DNA of 64,000 nucleotides, from assembly GCA_964016885.1 (NCBI GenBank), contig OZ024744.1, positions 89,714,001 to 89,778,000 on the forward strand. Reading direction: 5' to 3'. Below are positions 23,780 to 64,000 of this stretch, one piece after another. Numbering within the stretch: the first letter of the stretch is position 1; each line of letters starts with the position of its first letter. Below the pieces are notes generated by a model. That model saw only the letters and a list, made by a program, of their open reading frames with translations. It was not told the DNA's origin and did not search any database. Source of the stretch: Eledone cirrhosa. Taxonomy: Eukaryota. The position numbers and the translations under genes are program-made.

Positions 23780-26700
23780 ATGCCTCGAAAAAGCAAGAGT
23801 CACATTCGAAGAAAAACAAGAAATGCTTTTGTTTTGCGTTCTTTGCGCGCACGCGAGACAGAAGAACAATGCATGCTACGGCGTGCTCGCAATGCTGCTT
23901 CTACTTCGATCGCCAGAGCATTACAGACAACTGAACAAGCAGAACTCCGGCTTGCTCGCAATGCTACTTCTACTTCGAAGGCCAGAGCATTACAGACTGC
24001 TGAACAAGCAGAACTCCGGCTTGCTTGCGATGCTGCTTCTACTTCAAATAGCCGTGCTTTAGAGACTGTTGACCAAAGGGCAACAAGGCTTGCGGCTGAT
24101 TCTCAACGGAAAATGTCTTTCCGATGGTTTCTTCCTGTTACTGGTCTAAGAAGGCTTTTCATTACAGCCTCCAAGAGAACTACGCATCCCACCCATATAT
24201 CATTATTGGCAGCATGTCAACTGTTTGCGTCCATTGTAATCTACCGGTATATGCTGCTCCAATGGAACGGTTAGATTGCCTCATTTACAAGTCGGTGCCG
24301 AACCTTTGAATTCTCTGCTGCTTGGACACCACACTGATTCTAAACACTTTCTTAGAAATATAAGAGCCTACAATTCGGCTTTCCCAATGACAAGATTTGG
24401 TCATATACCAATAAAACATAGAAATTATATGCCCACATTCAAAGTGCAAGGCCAAATTTACCATCAAATAGGCTCCCTTATTCCACAAGATGGCGATGAA
24501 CACAGTTTTCTCCAGATTTACTTTATGGGGAACGGACCTGAAGAAACTGCACGAAGAGCTTCAGTTGCTAAAGCAACAATACCTTTTCTTCTGCAGCCCC
24601 TTCAATATATGCTTCATACCACAAACCCCTACGTCACCATTTTCAAAACTGCTTTTCAGCGTAGAGATGCTAACACCAATCAATTCAAGGTTGTTATTCG
24701 AGGTGACCGCGCTCCACCAGGGCAGCATCAGGGTTGCTTTAACAGACCCCAAACCGATGAAGTTGCGGTGCTTATAACAAGTCCTAATAGGAGTGCTTCA
24801 AACCGTGATATTGTTCTTGAATGGCAGGACTCGCGTCTTCAAAAAATAAATGAACTTCATCCTGCATATGATGCCCTCCAATATCCATTACTGTTCCCCT
24901 TTGGCGACGATGGCTACCGCATTGACTTGCCAAATTGTAATCCGGTAACTTTAATGCATCTTCAACCACGGAAAACCATTTCACAAATGGAATTTTATAC
25001 ATTTAGGCTTATGGTTCGCGAAAACGACATCAATATTTAGCATAGAACACGGATGCTCCTCAATCAATACTGTGTAGACGTATTTGCTAAGGTAAATTTC
25101 TTATTTTATGATTTCGTTCAGAAAATTTCCTTAGCCAGTTCACTCAATATTTACCACAATTTCTTCCTTTTTCAGATTGACACTGAACGCCTCCAATGGA
25201 TAAGACACCATCAAAAGGAACTGCGTTCAGAAGAATACGGCCACCTACGTGACGAAGTCAACCGAAATGATCAGGTTATTGCTTCGGATGTTGGGCTTTC
25301 TGTCATTCTCCCATCGTCATACACTGGAGGCCCCCGTTACATGCATGAACAAATGTAGGATGCTCTTTTTATCACCTTCACATGCAATCCAAAATGGTCT
25401 GACATCCAGTCTCACTTACTTCATGGCCAAAATCCTTCACACAGGCATGATATCACATCTAGAGTGTTTCACCTAAAGCTTATGAAAATGATGGATATTA
25501 TAAAATGCGGACAACTTTTTGGACCAGTAAGGTGTTTCATGTACACCGTAGAATGGCAGAAGAGAGGACTCCCACATGCCCATATACTCGTTTGGCTTTA
25601 AAAAAACTCATATCAACTGATGTGGTCAACGGGTGTATTTTAACCAAGAAAATATGCTTGACTGTGCAAGACAACCTCAAAGAACGACCCTTACCGGATT
25701 CTTTGAACTTTGTACTTCTAACTCTCTTGCCAGAACACTTCTTTATGCGGAGTTGTCTACATTCTACACGTGGAATAAATCTTCAAAGAAGAAAGCGAGG
25801 ACGCATTTCACAAAGGGATGCTTCGATGCGTGAGTCTGATGCCCTCTCAAGAGTGTACACAGTTCACCCGCTCAATTCAGAATGCTTTCACCTTCTATTC
25901 TTTCGTCTTCTATTGCACGTTGTCAAAGGTCCAACTTCCTTTGAAGACCTTCGTACCGTCAATGGCCATATTTGTTCAACATTTAAAGAGGCCTGCTCCA
26001 AATTAGGTCTTCTCGACAATGATGACCACTATGACCACGCCCTCCATGAAGCAACAATGTTGCAATCACCAATTGCTCTTCGTAAGCTTTTCGCCGTTAT
26101 GCTGGTTTACTGCAGTCTTGGGAATCCACAGTCTTTCTGGGAGAAATATCGCGACATGTGCTTGAATTTACAGTTTACACCTGAAATGTACAACTGCGGC
26201 CTTATATTTCTAGAAGATATATTTATGCTTTTGGAAATGGGTGGCCGTTTGAAATCCCCTAAAAGAGAAAATGAGGCTGTTTGTAACCGCCCCCTAATAA
26301 GGGAGACATGCTACGATGCTGCCAGGCTTCTGTCCTACGTTCAAGAAAGAGAAAAACTTTTGAATCTTGAAAAAGCTGATGTTATACTTTAGTTTTGACC
26401 ATGCTTGAAGACACCAACGGTGGCAGCCACTTCCTTGATGCGCCAGGTAGCACAGGAAAGATATTTCTCCTCAACCTCCATCTTGCCAAAGTTCGCCAAC
26501 GTGGACAGATTGCCATTGCAATGGCGTCTTCAGTAATAGCAGCAACACGGTGGCAGAAGAGTCCATTCAACATTTAAGCTTCCCCTTAATATCGGTCATG
26601 TTGAAAATCTGACCACCAATATCAAGAAGAATTCTGATGAGGCTGCTGTCTTTCAAAAATGCAAATTGATTGTCTGGGACGAGGTAACAATGCACTTGAT

Positions 26701-27697
26701 GCAATCAATACAACGCTACAAGGCCTGCGCTCCAACTCTAAACCGTTCGGTGGCGTCGTTCTGCTTCTTGCTGGGGATTTTCGTCAAACACTTCCCATTG
26801 TCCCAAAAGGCCAACCAGTTGATGAAATAGATGCTTGCATTAAACATTCTCATCTTTGGCGCTTCGTCCAGTCGAGAAAGTTAACCATCAACATGCGATC
26901 GATTCTCTACCAACAAGACGGTGTCAATTACTTTGCTTCAAAGTTATTGGATGTTGGTAATGGGAACTTACTAATCGACGTAAACGGTTTGGTTGACATA
27001 AGTACCACCGGTAACTACGTCTCCAGCCCTGAGGATATTTGCACAAGAGTTTACCCCGCCCTCTAAACAAATTACGTCAGTCATCAATGAATGTGTGAAA
27101 GGGCCATCTTAGCTCCTACAAATGCCACCGTACAAGCTCTTAACACATGTCTGCTTCGTCAACTTCTTTCCCAAGAGCGATGTTATGCTTCGATTGATTC
27201 GATTACGGATCCGACGCAAGTAACGCTTTATCCAACAGAGTTTTTAAACTCACAAGAGCCATCGGGAATGCCACCGCATAAACTCTGCCTAAGACTTGGA
27301 AGTGCCATCATACTCTTGAGAAACTTGGAACCTCCTCGGCTTTGCAATGGCACACGCTTGGTTATAACGCAAATGTTGGATGACGTTCTCGAGGCTACAA
27401 TCATTACGGGAAAAGGCGCTGGCGACTCTGTTTTTATTTCCAGAGTTCCACTTATTCCAACTGACTGTCTTTCCGATGAAAAGAGTCGAATTCCCCATTC
27501 GATTAAGTTTTGCAATGACCATTAACAAAGCCCAGGGGCAGTCTCTAAAAGTGGTTGGGCTGGACCTCAGTACCACATGCTTTTCACACGGACAACTGTA
27601 TGTGGGATGTTCAAGAGTTGGAAACTCGGCCAATCTCTTTTACTACGCTCCCGGAAGATTGACAAAAAATGTGGTTTACAAGGCAGCCCTCCAATAG
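23780..27697 (+). pseudogene. Helitron Rep/PIF1 helicase (RepHel), disrupted, with one intron
   Basis: RAYNSAF, FKVQGQIYH, YDALQYPLLFPFGDDG, LPSSYTGGPRYM, FITFTCNPKW, VEWQKRGLPHAH (HUH), GPTSFEDLRTVNG, DAPGSTGK, LAGDFRQTLP, LCNGTRL, FAMTINKAQGQSL. Confidence 0.92.
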
Positions 27698-28557
27698 TTT
27701 TTCCGTGGAGTTGAAAGCCCCTTCAGGTTAATCCTTATTGCGATTACTTACAATAGGTAATGTTACTCTTCCAACAAATGCCCATTGATGAAATCAACCA
27801 TTTTTTCATTTCAATGGATAGCCTTCCACATGCCCCAGGTTATATCATAATTCAATTAAACATGTAATTTCTTACAGATTGCCTTTATATCATCCGAACT
27901 GTCGTCTATGCTTTTTGTACCGATTCTTCAGCCATTCAGTCAATTAAACGACATTCCAAATGATATTTCCATTTTTCTCTATTTTCACATTTTTCTCTAT
28001 TTCTATTTTCGATAGTTCTCTATTTTCACATTATAATGACAGAAATCTGTAAATAAAACATGTTCTTTTTGAATACCGTCTCATTTTTATTTAAAAAGTT
28101 AATCACGTAAAATGATCCTCCATGTTAAACATCGACAAAACGGAATTTCATCATTAAGACTGCAGTCCTACCGAGAACTAACACCGTCCAATGGACGGGG
28201 GGCATTTGTATATAAGTGGTCTTCTTTTTCTTTTCTTTTTCCTTTTTCTTTTTCTTTTTTCTCTCCTACTAATATATCTAAACTTTCGATAGCGTTTAAA
28301 ATAACGGTTTTTCAATCATATAACTCAACCTCATTTACATATTCATTTGCATACTCATCCTAACAATTTTGAAAAATCCGCTCTTTAAATTCACTATCCA
28401 AGGAAAATTCAACTGATAAGGTATGTATGCATGTGTATGCGTATAGGTGTGTGTGTATGTGCGTGTGTGTATATATGTGTGTGTATATATATATATGTTT
28501 GTGGATGTTTATATATAATTATATTATTGTCCGTGTTTATATATAATTATATTATTG

Positions 28558-28745
28558 TCGGTGGATTGGGAGTATCGGTAGAGGATCGGACGCCATGCTT
28601 TGCAGCAAAGAGTTACGGCCCTTTAAGGTCTGAGTTCAAATCCCGCCGAGGTTAACTTTGCCTTTCATCCTTACGGGGTCGATAAAATAAAGTACCAGTA
28701 ATGCACTGGGATAATTGCTGGCCTTGTGCCAAAAGTAGAAATAAT
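28558..28745 (+). mobile_element. SINE family 1, near full length
   Basis: tRNA-like head (GAGTTCAAATCC B box) + core; TSD-like ATAATTATATTATTGTC on both sides. Confidence 0.85.
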
Positions 28746-28943
28746 TATATTATTGTCCGTATTTCTTTTCTCTATATTCTATGTAAGTTTATATACGCAT
28801 ATATGTGCATGGATAATAATGTATGCTTTTCTATATTTTTTGTCTAATTAATTTATTTTTATTCTATTCCTATATTATAGATGTGTCTGTGTGTATGTAA
28901 GTATTTTTTATGTGTGTGTGTGTATATATATATATATTATGCG

Positions 28944-29073
<130 letters not shown>

Positions 29074-29089
29074 CGTGTATATATATGTG

Positions 29090-29126
<37 letters not shown>

Positions 29127-29211
29127 ATTTACATATATATATGTGTCTGTGTATATATATATATATATCCATTTACATACTCTTATGTAATTATATAATA
29201 TTATTTGTACA

Positions 29212-29312
29212 CCGAGGTTAACTTTGCCTTTCATCCTTACGGGGTCGATAAAATAAAGTACCAGTAATGTACTGGATATTTGCTGGCCTTGTGCCTAAAT
29301 TAGAAACAATTA
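29212..29312 (+). mobile_element. SINE family 1, 5'-truncated
   Basis: Core + tail; TSD ATTATTTGTACACC. Confidence 0.8.
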
Positions 29313-29891
29313 TTTGTACACCAATGTGTCTGTGTACGAGTTGAGCGTGTGTGCGTACGTGTGCTTATATTTTTATTCCTTAATATTTTGTTTGTTACTT
29401 TTTCGGTTGTCTGGTCAGATGGATACATATATTGAGTCAACTCGAAATGCATTTATGTTTGTATCTATGTATACTCCAGGGGCGAAGGGTCCGTTCATGC
29501 AACGCATGCAGTGCATGCGTTATAGAATCTTGAGTTGATCAATTGCGTCGGTTGAAGCAAGCAGAATTTTGGCTGCTTACTAAAACGTAAAGACACAAAA
29601 AAAGATAACACACACACACATACACATAGACATACACACACACACGACAGCTTTGGAGGAAGCAGAATTTTGACTGCTTACTAAATCGTAAACACATCAA
29701 AAGATAACACACACACACACACACACACACTAGATAACACTACATGCGGCTTTGACCGGGAGGGTCATTTAGAGGGAATTGGGGGGGGGGGGGGGTAAGT
29801 CTGCACAACCCCGCTTTCCGCCATGGCGATTGAACTGCATGCCCTGCTTTCCAGGTTACCCTTCGCCACTGCACGCATGAATATATATATA

Positions 29892-29921
<30 letters not shown>

Positions 29922-29922
<1 letters not shown>

Positions 29923-30661
29923 GGTATTTTAACGATAGTTATAGCTCTGATTTATCTAAATTATTGAGCCCTCTGCCACTCATATCGGATTTGTTTATCG
30001 TTAATTCGTGAGCTGATTTTCCGATACTCGATTATTCTATTATATTTAGCTCTAGACATAGCTATTGACCAGTTAATTTTATTGATAATTTTTTTGTCGA
30101 TTCTATTGAATGATGAATAGCTCCTGTTTATTTTAACATGTCTATTGAGCACTCTGATTCGATATATGATATTTTGTACCCCCACATGATTTCCACATTA
30201 CCGATAATTTTTCGCTAATATAGAGGTTATCTCCCTTGCTGGGCACCATGAGCGTGTCTGGCTAAGGGTCACTTCTTTATTCGTCGGACGCAACCCGTTG
30301 ATAAAGTTCTTCCGGTCCATTCGTTCCCTAGAAGTCTTATATATTTGTATGTGGGCTGATAGTGTATGGATTAAGGAATTGCAGAAACCCAAGAAGCTAG
30401 ATTTAACACCTTTCTAACGGGTCCGGGTAAGTTTTTTACATTCATTTAAATTATTGATTTATTGATATTTTATTTGAGTGACCCGAATCTTCCTGGTCGT
30501 TCTTTTTCGGCTGCATGGGTGATTTTAGGCATAATCTTTATGTGTTGGTATTTTAACGATAGTTATAGCTCTGATTTATCTAAATTATTGAGCCCTCTGC
30601 CACTCATATCGGATTTGTTTATCGTTAATTCGTGAGCTGATTTTCCGATACTCGATTATTC

Positions 30662-30668
<7 letters not shown>
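29922..30668. repeat. ~120-bp direct repeats flanking a 500-bp unique insert, between (TA)n tracts
   Basis: TGGTATTTTAACGATAGTTATAGCTCTG..CGATTATTCTATTATAT at 29922-30043 and 30547-30668; diverged inverted copy at ~47108-47295. Confidence 0.8.
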
Positions 30669-30732
<64 letters not shown>

Positions 30733-30959
30733 CGTGTGTGTGTGTGTGTATGTGTATATGTATGTGTGTATGTATGTATGTATGTATGTGTGTGTTTGTA
30801 TGTATGTATATGTGTGTGCATATGTGTGAATATATATATATGTGTGTGTGTGTAGGTATATATATTTATTTTTACCCCCTAACCTGACGTTCTGCATCAG
30901 TGTGTATATTTTTCCCGTTATTTTATTTTATATATTTCTTATCTTTATTTTATTTTATT

Positions 30960-31440
30960 TCAGCCTCGCTTTCAATTGTTTTTAATTTCATATCTTACGT
31001 CCATATTAAATTTTCATTCTGATGAGCGATTTCAGACGCCTCTGTTGAGCTCGTCTGTCTTCGTGAAACCTTTGGTAAATGGAATAATTGTCTTATGTTG
31101 TTTATTACATAATATATATATACCTATAAGAGAGTGTGTGTGTACAAATCCGTTTCTCCACTATACAAGACGTAATGTGTCTGCTCTGATACAGGTTTGC
31201 AACACATGATTTCTGTAAACTCATTGAGTGTGTTGAAAGCGGGGAACCTTGATTATATCTAATTGCCTGGCACGTTATAATTATAATTATTATATATATA
31301 TATATATATATACATACATATATATTTAATATAATAAACAACGCAATATAATTATTCCATTACCAAGGTTTCACGAAGTCAGACGATTCTAACGGAGGCG
31401 TCTGAAGTCGTTCATCAGATAGAAATCTTTTCCACAGAAA
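30960..31440. mobile_element. Tail-to-tail pair of HHR elements, family C
   Basis: Plus: CATT-CTGATGA(31019)-GCGA..TCGT-GAAA(31065)-CCTTTGG-TA-AATGGAAT; diverged minus copy at 31352-31422. Confidence 0.75.
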
Positions 31441-31552
31441 TACTTAATATATATATATATATACATGTAAAAGGTAAACAGAAATAACAACACAAATGGT
31501 ACAGTCTAGGGAAGGAATATATTAGTTTGAAGCTTGAAATAGCAGGAAGAGG

Positions 31553-31590
31553 GTTTAACGTTTCGGACCCTAGTCCTTCATCAGAAGAAA
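31553..31590 (-). ncRNA. Minimal hammerhead motif, family D
   Basis: CTGATGA-A-GGAC-TAGG-GTCC-GAAA-CG-TTA; lies in a ~240-bp repeat (31465-31700) also present at 47338-47585. Confidence 0.7.
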
Positions 31591-31841
31591 GAATCAGGCA
31601 TTAGAAAGATTGAAGGGACGGACAAGGTGGAATCGGAAAAAATGTTTTAGAGAAAATAACAGGTACATTCATGTTGCCAGCTCTTGGAAAACTGTTGATG
31701 CAGGCGTATATCAAATTTGCTATGATAAGATTCTATTGTTATCTTCGTACCTTTAATTTTCTAATGCATTGTATGGTTTTCAAAATTATTTAAGTTTATA
31801 TTTCCTTTTCAACAATGTTTCAAGCAAACTACAACACTCTG

Positions 31842-31914
<73 letters not shown>

Positions 31915-31919
<5 letters not shown>

Positions 31920-32405
31920 ATATCCACGGTAAGTTGTAGGGTCTGGTTTGCATGAAGAACTCAATGTAATCCATATGTTGAAAATGTTGTAGGTTAAAAT
32001 AAATCCCGGAAAACAATAAAACATTAAAAGAAAAACAGAGTCATGATATAAGTTAAAACAATGAAATAAAAAATCAAGTCATTAGACATATACTTCACTG
32101 CTTTACGATCGTTTCTAGGTGATGATAATAAATTGTAACTATACTTCGTTATCGATCTATGTAAGGTTAGTTACAAACTATCAGATAAGGAGAATATTTA
32201 TTTACATGCATATCACCGGCTTTTGACAACAGCTGGTGATATGCATGTAAATAAATATTCTTCTTATCTGATAGTTTGTAACTTACCTTACATAGATCGA
32301 TAACGAAGTATAGTTACAATGTGTTATCATCACCTAGAAACGATCGTAAAGCAGTGAAGTATATCTCTAATGACTTGATTTTTTATTTCATTGTTTTAAC
32401 TTACA
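31915..32405. mobile_element. Foldback in (TA)n with HHR-like 3' half
   Basis: Arms ~32050-32220 / 32232-32403; TCACCTA-GAAA-CGATCG-TA; minus arm extends ~135 nt further. Confidence 0.7.
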
Positions 32406-32722
32406 TATATATATATATATATATATATGGAGGGAGCGAAAAACAAAAAGAAGAAAGAAAAAAGAGTGTGGAATTAAGAAAGATAAAATAGTTCCTTGTT
32501 TTAATAAAAGTTTTAATAAAAAGTATTCACAAAAATAAAGAATGTTCTGGTCATTTAAATACACTTTAACAATGATGGTATCATTCATTCTAAGGGATAT
32601 TTCTTTTACATCTACCTCTCTCTCAGTCATTCATTTAGATACACATGTACACGCACACCTGTTGCGCCCACACATGCACACACACACACACGCACATACA
32701 TACACACACATACATACACACT

Positions 32723-32759
<37 letters not shown>

Positions 32760-32773
32760 TTATGGATATATAC

Positions 32774-32831
<58 letters not shown>

Positions 32832-33475
32832 ATAGATATATAGATATAGAGATATAATGCGTTTATTTATTTATTTATTTATTTATGTACATTTATATAT
32901 ATTTATTTATATATATACATGTGCATGTACGCAAACACTCACAGGCACATCATTATTTTCCTTCACACTATTTCATTCTTCCATGTAAAATTCGATTTGT
33001 TTCATTCATAATCATTTTTTTTTGTTTTGTTATTCATAAGATAAATAGCAGTCATTCATTTTTCACATCTCATTCTTACTTTAAATATCTTTTTTTTTTT
33101 TTCCCTGGCTCATTTCTGTCTCAACAATATTCCAACGTCAATTTCTTGGAGAATATCATTAAATAATTAATAACTTTTTTTTTTTTGTCAATTTTAGAAA
33201 CAGGAAAAGAGCAGGAAATTTTGTGGCTCTCGTGCCTTTTCCGAAACGTATGAGCTCTTGCTGTAGAGTAGTCGTCATAATCTTTTATTTTATTTATTTA
33301 TTTTTTTAAAAAATAATTTCGAAGACGAGAGATTATGTTATATATACATGCCCTTAACTAAGGGTATTAATGGTTAATGTCTAACGTTGTTTATCCAGGA
33401 GACCACTGACATGCACACACAAATATACATACGTGTGTGTTTCTCTGTGTTTGTATACATACATACATGTATGTA

Positions 33476-33638
<163 letters not shown>

Positions 33639-33789
33639 ATATATATAAATATATATATAATATATATATAAATATTTATATATATACATATTTATATATA
33701 TATTATATATATATATTTATATATACATATATATATATATGTATATATATAAATATTTATATATATATTATATATATATTTATATATAC

Positions 33790-33821
<32 letters not shown>

Positions 33822-35007
33822 GTATATACAAATATATATATAATATATATATAAATATTTATATATATACATGTATATATACATATATGTATATATATAT
33901 ATATATGTATATGTGTGTGTATGTGTGATAAAAAATATTTAAAAGTCGAAAATGCATCAAATGGTTTTTCAGACACTAAATGTTTATAAACAAATACATG
34001 TATTCCTACATTATATTTTATTTTAACATACAATATAAAAATGTGACTTTTTTTAACTTACATCTTTCAACTTTTATATTGTACAGGGTGGCCCAAATCA
34101 CGCAGGGGTCGCAACTGTTTATATTTTTTATTTTATAATATTTAGTAATGTAGAGGTGTGATAAGGATTGACGAGTGCAAAATAATTTCCATTATGTCCT
34201 TTAAGTTGTATCAAAATTTCATACATCAATCTGTACAATTCAGGAAGTTAATAAACTCTAAAACCCCTGTGTGGCTTTTGGGCCACCCTCTAGTTTGGAG
34301 TTATTGTAGAAATTTATGTATTCATGTAAATAAATTAGTGCATATTTTCGACTTTTAAAAAATATTTTATATATATATTTATATGTGTGTGTGTATATAT
34401 ATATGCATATATTTATGTATGAATGTATTCATGTATGTATATGTATATGTGCGAGTATGTGTGTGTGTTATTTCTTGTTCTAGGAGACTCGCCAATATGG
34501 TTTGTGGAATCTTACAGAACAGAATAAATAGTTAGCAGTCATTTCTTAAATAGCAAGTAACGTTTGATATCAGTGTGTGATATAGATGATATTTCATATT
34601 TAATATTTCATGTTTTATATTTTATATCATTGGGCGGGGATGAAATATTTTCGTACTTCCTACTTTCAATTCGGGAGATGTTTGCAGCAATTCTTCCTGG
34701 TGATGATGTTGTGTGTGTGTGTACGTATTTATATACAAATATAAATATATGTATATTTATCCTTATGAATATATATATATATATATATATAAATTTTGAG
34801 TATATGTTGGTTGTTTACTGACACCTCAGTATGGAGATTGGAGCACTCGACGAAGTACGTATGTTGGTTTGTTTACTCCGGAGTAATGTAAAATAATTAA
34901 GTCAAATAGGTAAAATTTGGCTTCGTTTATTATTTATAATAATTTATAATAAACGAAGCCAAATTTTTCCTATTTGACTTAATTATTATATATATATATA
35001 GCATATT

Positions 35008-61236
<26,229 letters not shown>

Positions 61237-61361
61237 CTGTCGTTGTTGATGAGAGAAAATGAAAATTATTACAGTACAATATAAAAAAAATATAATAATA
61301 ATTAGTCCGACATGGTGCTATGAAGTTAGACATGGCCGAAACCTATCAAAGTTATCAATTG

Positions 61362-61410
<49 letters not shown>

Positions 61411-61658
61411 TTGGATACATCCATATATATATATATATATATATAAGATATAATATATAAGAACCGTAGAACAAATATTTATTAAAATAACAGATTAAAC
61501 TTTAATCTGTTATATAACTAGGGTTCTTATATATTTGATATATATTTATCCTTATCGAGCCCTCTTTGGATTTTAGTCTTCAAATTTATATATACTAAAA
61601 TTAGTCCAGAATTAGCCGTCGAAACGGCTTGAGCTCAGCCGTCGGGGTCCTACTCGTT

Positions 61659-61745
<87 letters not shown>

Positions 61746-61750
<5 letters not shown>

Positions 61751-62090
61751 AAGATAGACATAGAATATTCGAAAATATTCTGTATGTTTATAATAAACAT
61801 TTTGAAGACCTAATCGCTATAGAATAGAATACGTCACGTATTACAATTAGATTCTCGATAAAAGCAAGGGAAGTAACCTACGCGTTTCATTCTTATTAGA
61901 AATCTTTAGGATTACATATCCAGTGCTTTTATCGAGAATGACACAGCTAGAGACTTATAGAATACTTAGCTTTTATCGAGAATCTAATTGTAATACGTGA
62001 CGTATTCTATTCTATAGCGATTAGGTCTTCAAAATGTTTATTATAAACATACAGAATATTTTCGAATATTCTATGTCTATCTTCACATAT
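61746..62090. mobile_element. Foldback in (TA)n with a degenerate HHR in the spacer
   Basis: Arms 61746-61865 / 61968-62090; minus strand TAATC-CTAAAGA-TTTCT-AATA-AGAAT-GAAA-CGCG-TA-GGTTA at ~61874-61914. Confidence 0.7.
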
Positions 62091-62131
62091 ATATCGCTAT
62101 TTCAGAGCATTTAATCCAATATATATATATA

Positions 62132-62645
62132 TATGGAAAGTTATATTTAAATTGTTGGGTTAACAACGAGTAAATATTTATAACTGATATAAAAGCACTC
62201 AACAAGTATTTGGAGTATATTTATGATATTAAATAAATGGAAACTATATTTATAAAACCATATTTATTTCATTATATATATTTCAGGGATATCATATTAA
62301 CAATATGTTATGCCTTCATCAGACAAAATACAATATAAACAGTCTTATAAATAAATAGATATGACATACCTTTCAATCTACTTGCATTTGGGAAGTTGAT
62401 TTGGCAGTAAAAATATTGTGGACAGTTGTCTCTCTTTCTTTTTACAACTGTCCACAATATTTTTACTGCCAAATCAACTTCCCAAATGCAAGTCGATTGA
62501 AAGGTATGTCATATCTATTTATTTATAAGACTGTTTATATTGTATTTTGTCTGATGAAGGCATAACATATTGTTAATATGATATCCCTGAAATATATATA
62601 ATGAAATAAATATGGTTTTATAAATATAGTTTCCATTTATTTAAT

Positions 62646-62650
<5 letters not shown>
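62132..62650. mobile_element. Head-to-head HHR foldback, family A variant
   Basis: Arms meet at ~62430-62443; CTGATGA at 62551 (plus) and mirrored near 62316-62322. Confidence 0.8.
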
Positions 62651-62698
<48 letters not shown>

Positions 62699-62761
62699 AT
62701 GCTTTGGGAGGGTCATGTTGTCAAAAATTCAGAAACGAAATATATATATATATATATATAT

Positions 62762-63074
<313 letters not shown>

Positions 63075-63371
63075 CCCGTAGAGTGCTGTTTTTCATTGAT
63101 CTATTCTTTGGAAATTATGTGTGTGTGTGTGTGTGCCCGCGTGTGTGTGTGTGTATATGTATATGTATGTAGAGGGAGGGTGAGAGAAAGAGAGAGGCTG
63201 GAAGTGAGTAAGAGCATCGGCTACATTTTGCGTCCTTGTGTTGCATATCACGAACGAAAAAATGCACTGCCCTGCACCACGTGGATCCATCTATTAAATG
63301 TATAGTGCATGGTTATGACAAATTACTCTTTCGTGTGTGTGTGCGTGAGAGAATAAATGTGGGTGTGTGTA

Positions 63372-63403
<32 letters not shown>

Positions 63404-64000
63404 ATGTGTGTGTGTGTTTATGCCGGGTTCAATTGGTGTTAACCACAGTAAGTAAGGTACTCAATACATAGCAGAGTATAATATTTAATATAGAAATGGC
63501 TTCTACAGGACTAGAACTGTTTCATTCGGAAGAAATCATCAGGGCTTTCCTGGTCATTCCGTATGCTGTAATATTAGGAAAAGCACTCGACGTTATGCAA
63601 CTCATCCATCTTTGATGTTGAATCTTGTTGGTGGTGCGAGAACGTAGTTAATTATTATTATTGAGTAAAATGACAGGAGGCCAGACTGGTGAAATTCCTT
63701 CAGATTTATTTCAGCAAACACTCTGTACATGGCCAGGTTACGCAAGATTCTGGTGACATCATCAGGTGTATATTGCATAATACTTATATAATTAAAGAAT
63801 AATGGTAAACAGAGCCCAAGAGACTATAAAGAAAGAAAGCAGAGAAAAAATGTTTTTGACTCGAAGGCGATCAAGAGGGTCAGTTGTTGATAGTTTGGCT
63901 GACCGCCTTCGGGTCTTGCGTAACCAGGCCCCTGATATGTAGATAGTGTTTGCTGAAATAAATCTTTGAAGAAATTTTACCAGTCCGGCCTCTTGACACT

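Noticed and set aside
28558-28650. tRNA genes at SINE heads
   Set aside because: A/B-box-like motifs only, no cloverleaf, and always fused to a SINE core
63093-63290. Candidate upstream MMP exon
   Set aside because: No signal peptide or YLxxYGY-like propeptide motif in the frames checked

Overview
This is AT-rich, microsatellite-dense animal DNA. The SINE and LINE types suggest an octopod cephalopod, but that is an inference. The only host gene is a minus-strand matrix metalloproteinase, reconstructed from 9 phase-consistent exons (61236 to 35008). It has a cysteine switch, the HEFGHSLGLDH zinc motif, a ~39x TTTP mucin-like hinge and a hemopexin domain ending in Cys-stop; its first exon(s) were not found in the window. 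The rest is mobile DNA: an L1/Tx1 LINE, four R4/Dong-like LINE copies at (TAA)n, two twin-primed RTE-like fragments, three Penelope-like elements (PLEs; two Naiad-like, one Hydra-like in a 7.6-kb palindrome), a decayed intron-containing Helitron, a Merlin-like foldback MITE and two SINE families. The main unexplained structure is about 25 minimal type-I hammerhead ribozyme (HHR) motifs from roughly 8 sequence families. Most lie in small non-coding head-to-head foldbacks embedded in (TA)n, with a reproducible long-arm/short-arm 3' asymmetry and a shared GAGTRCT tail motif. Most ORFs in the supplied track are microsatellite artefacts. All coordinates were read by eye; element edges may be off by several bases.
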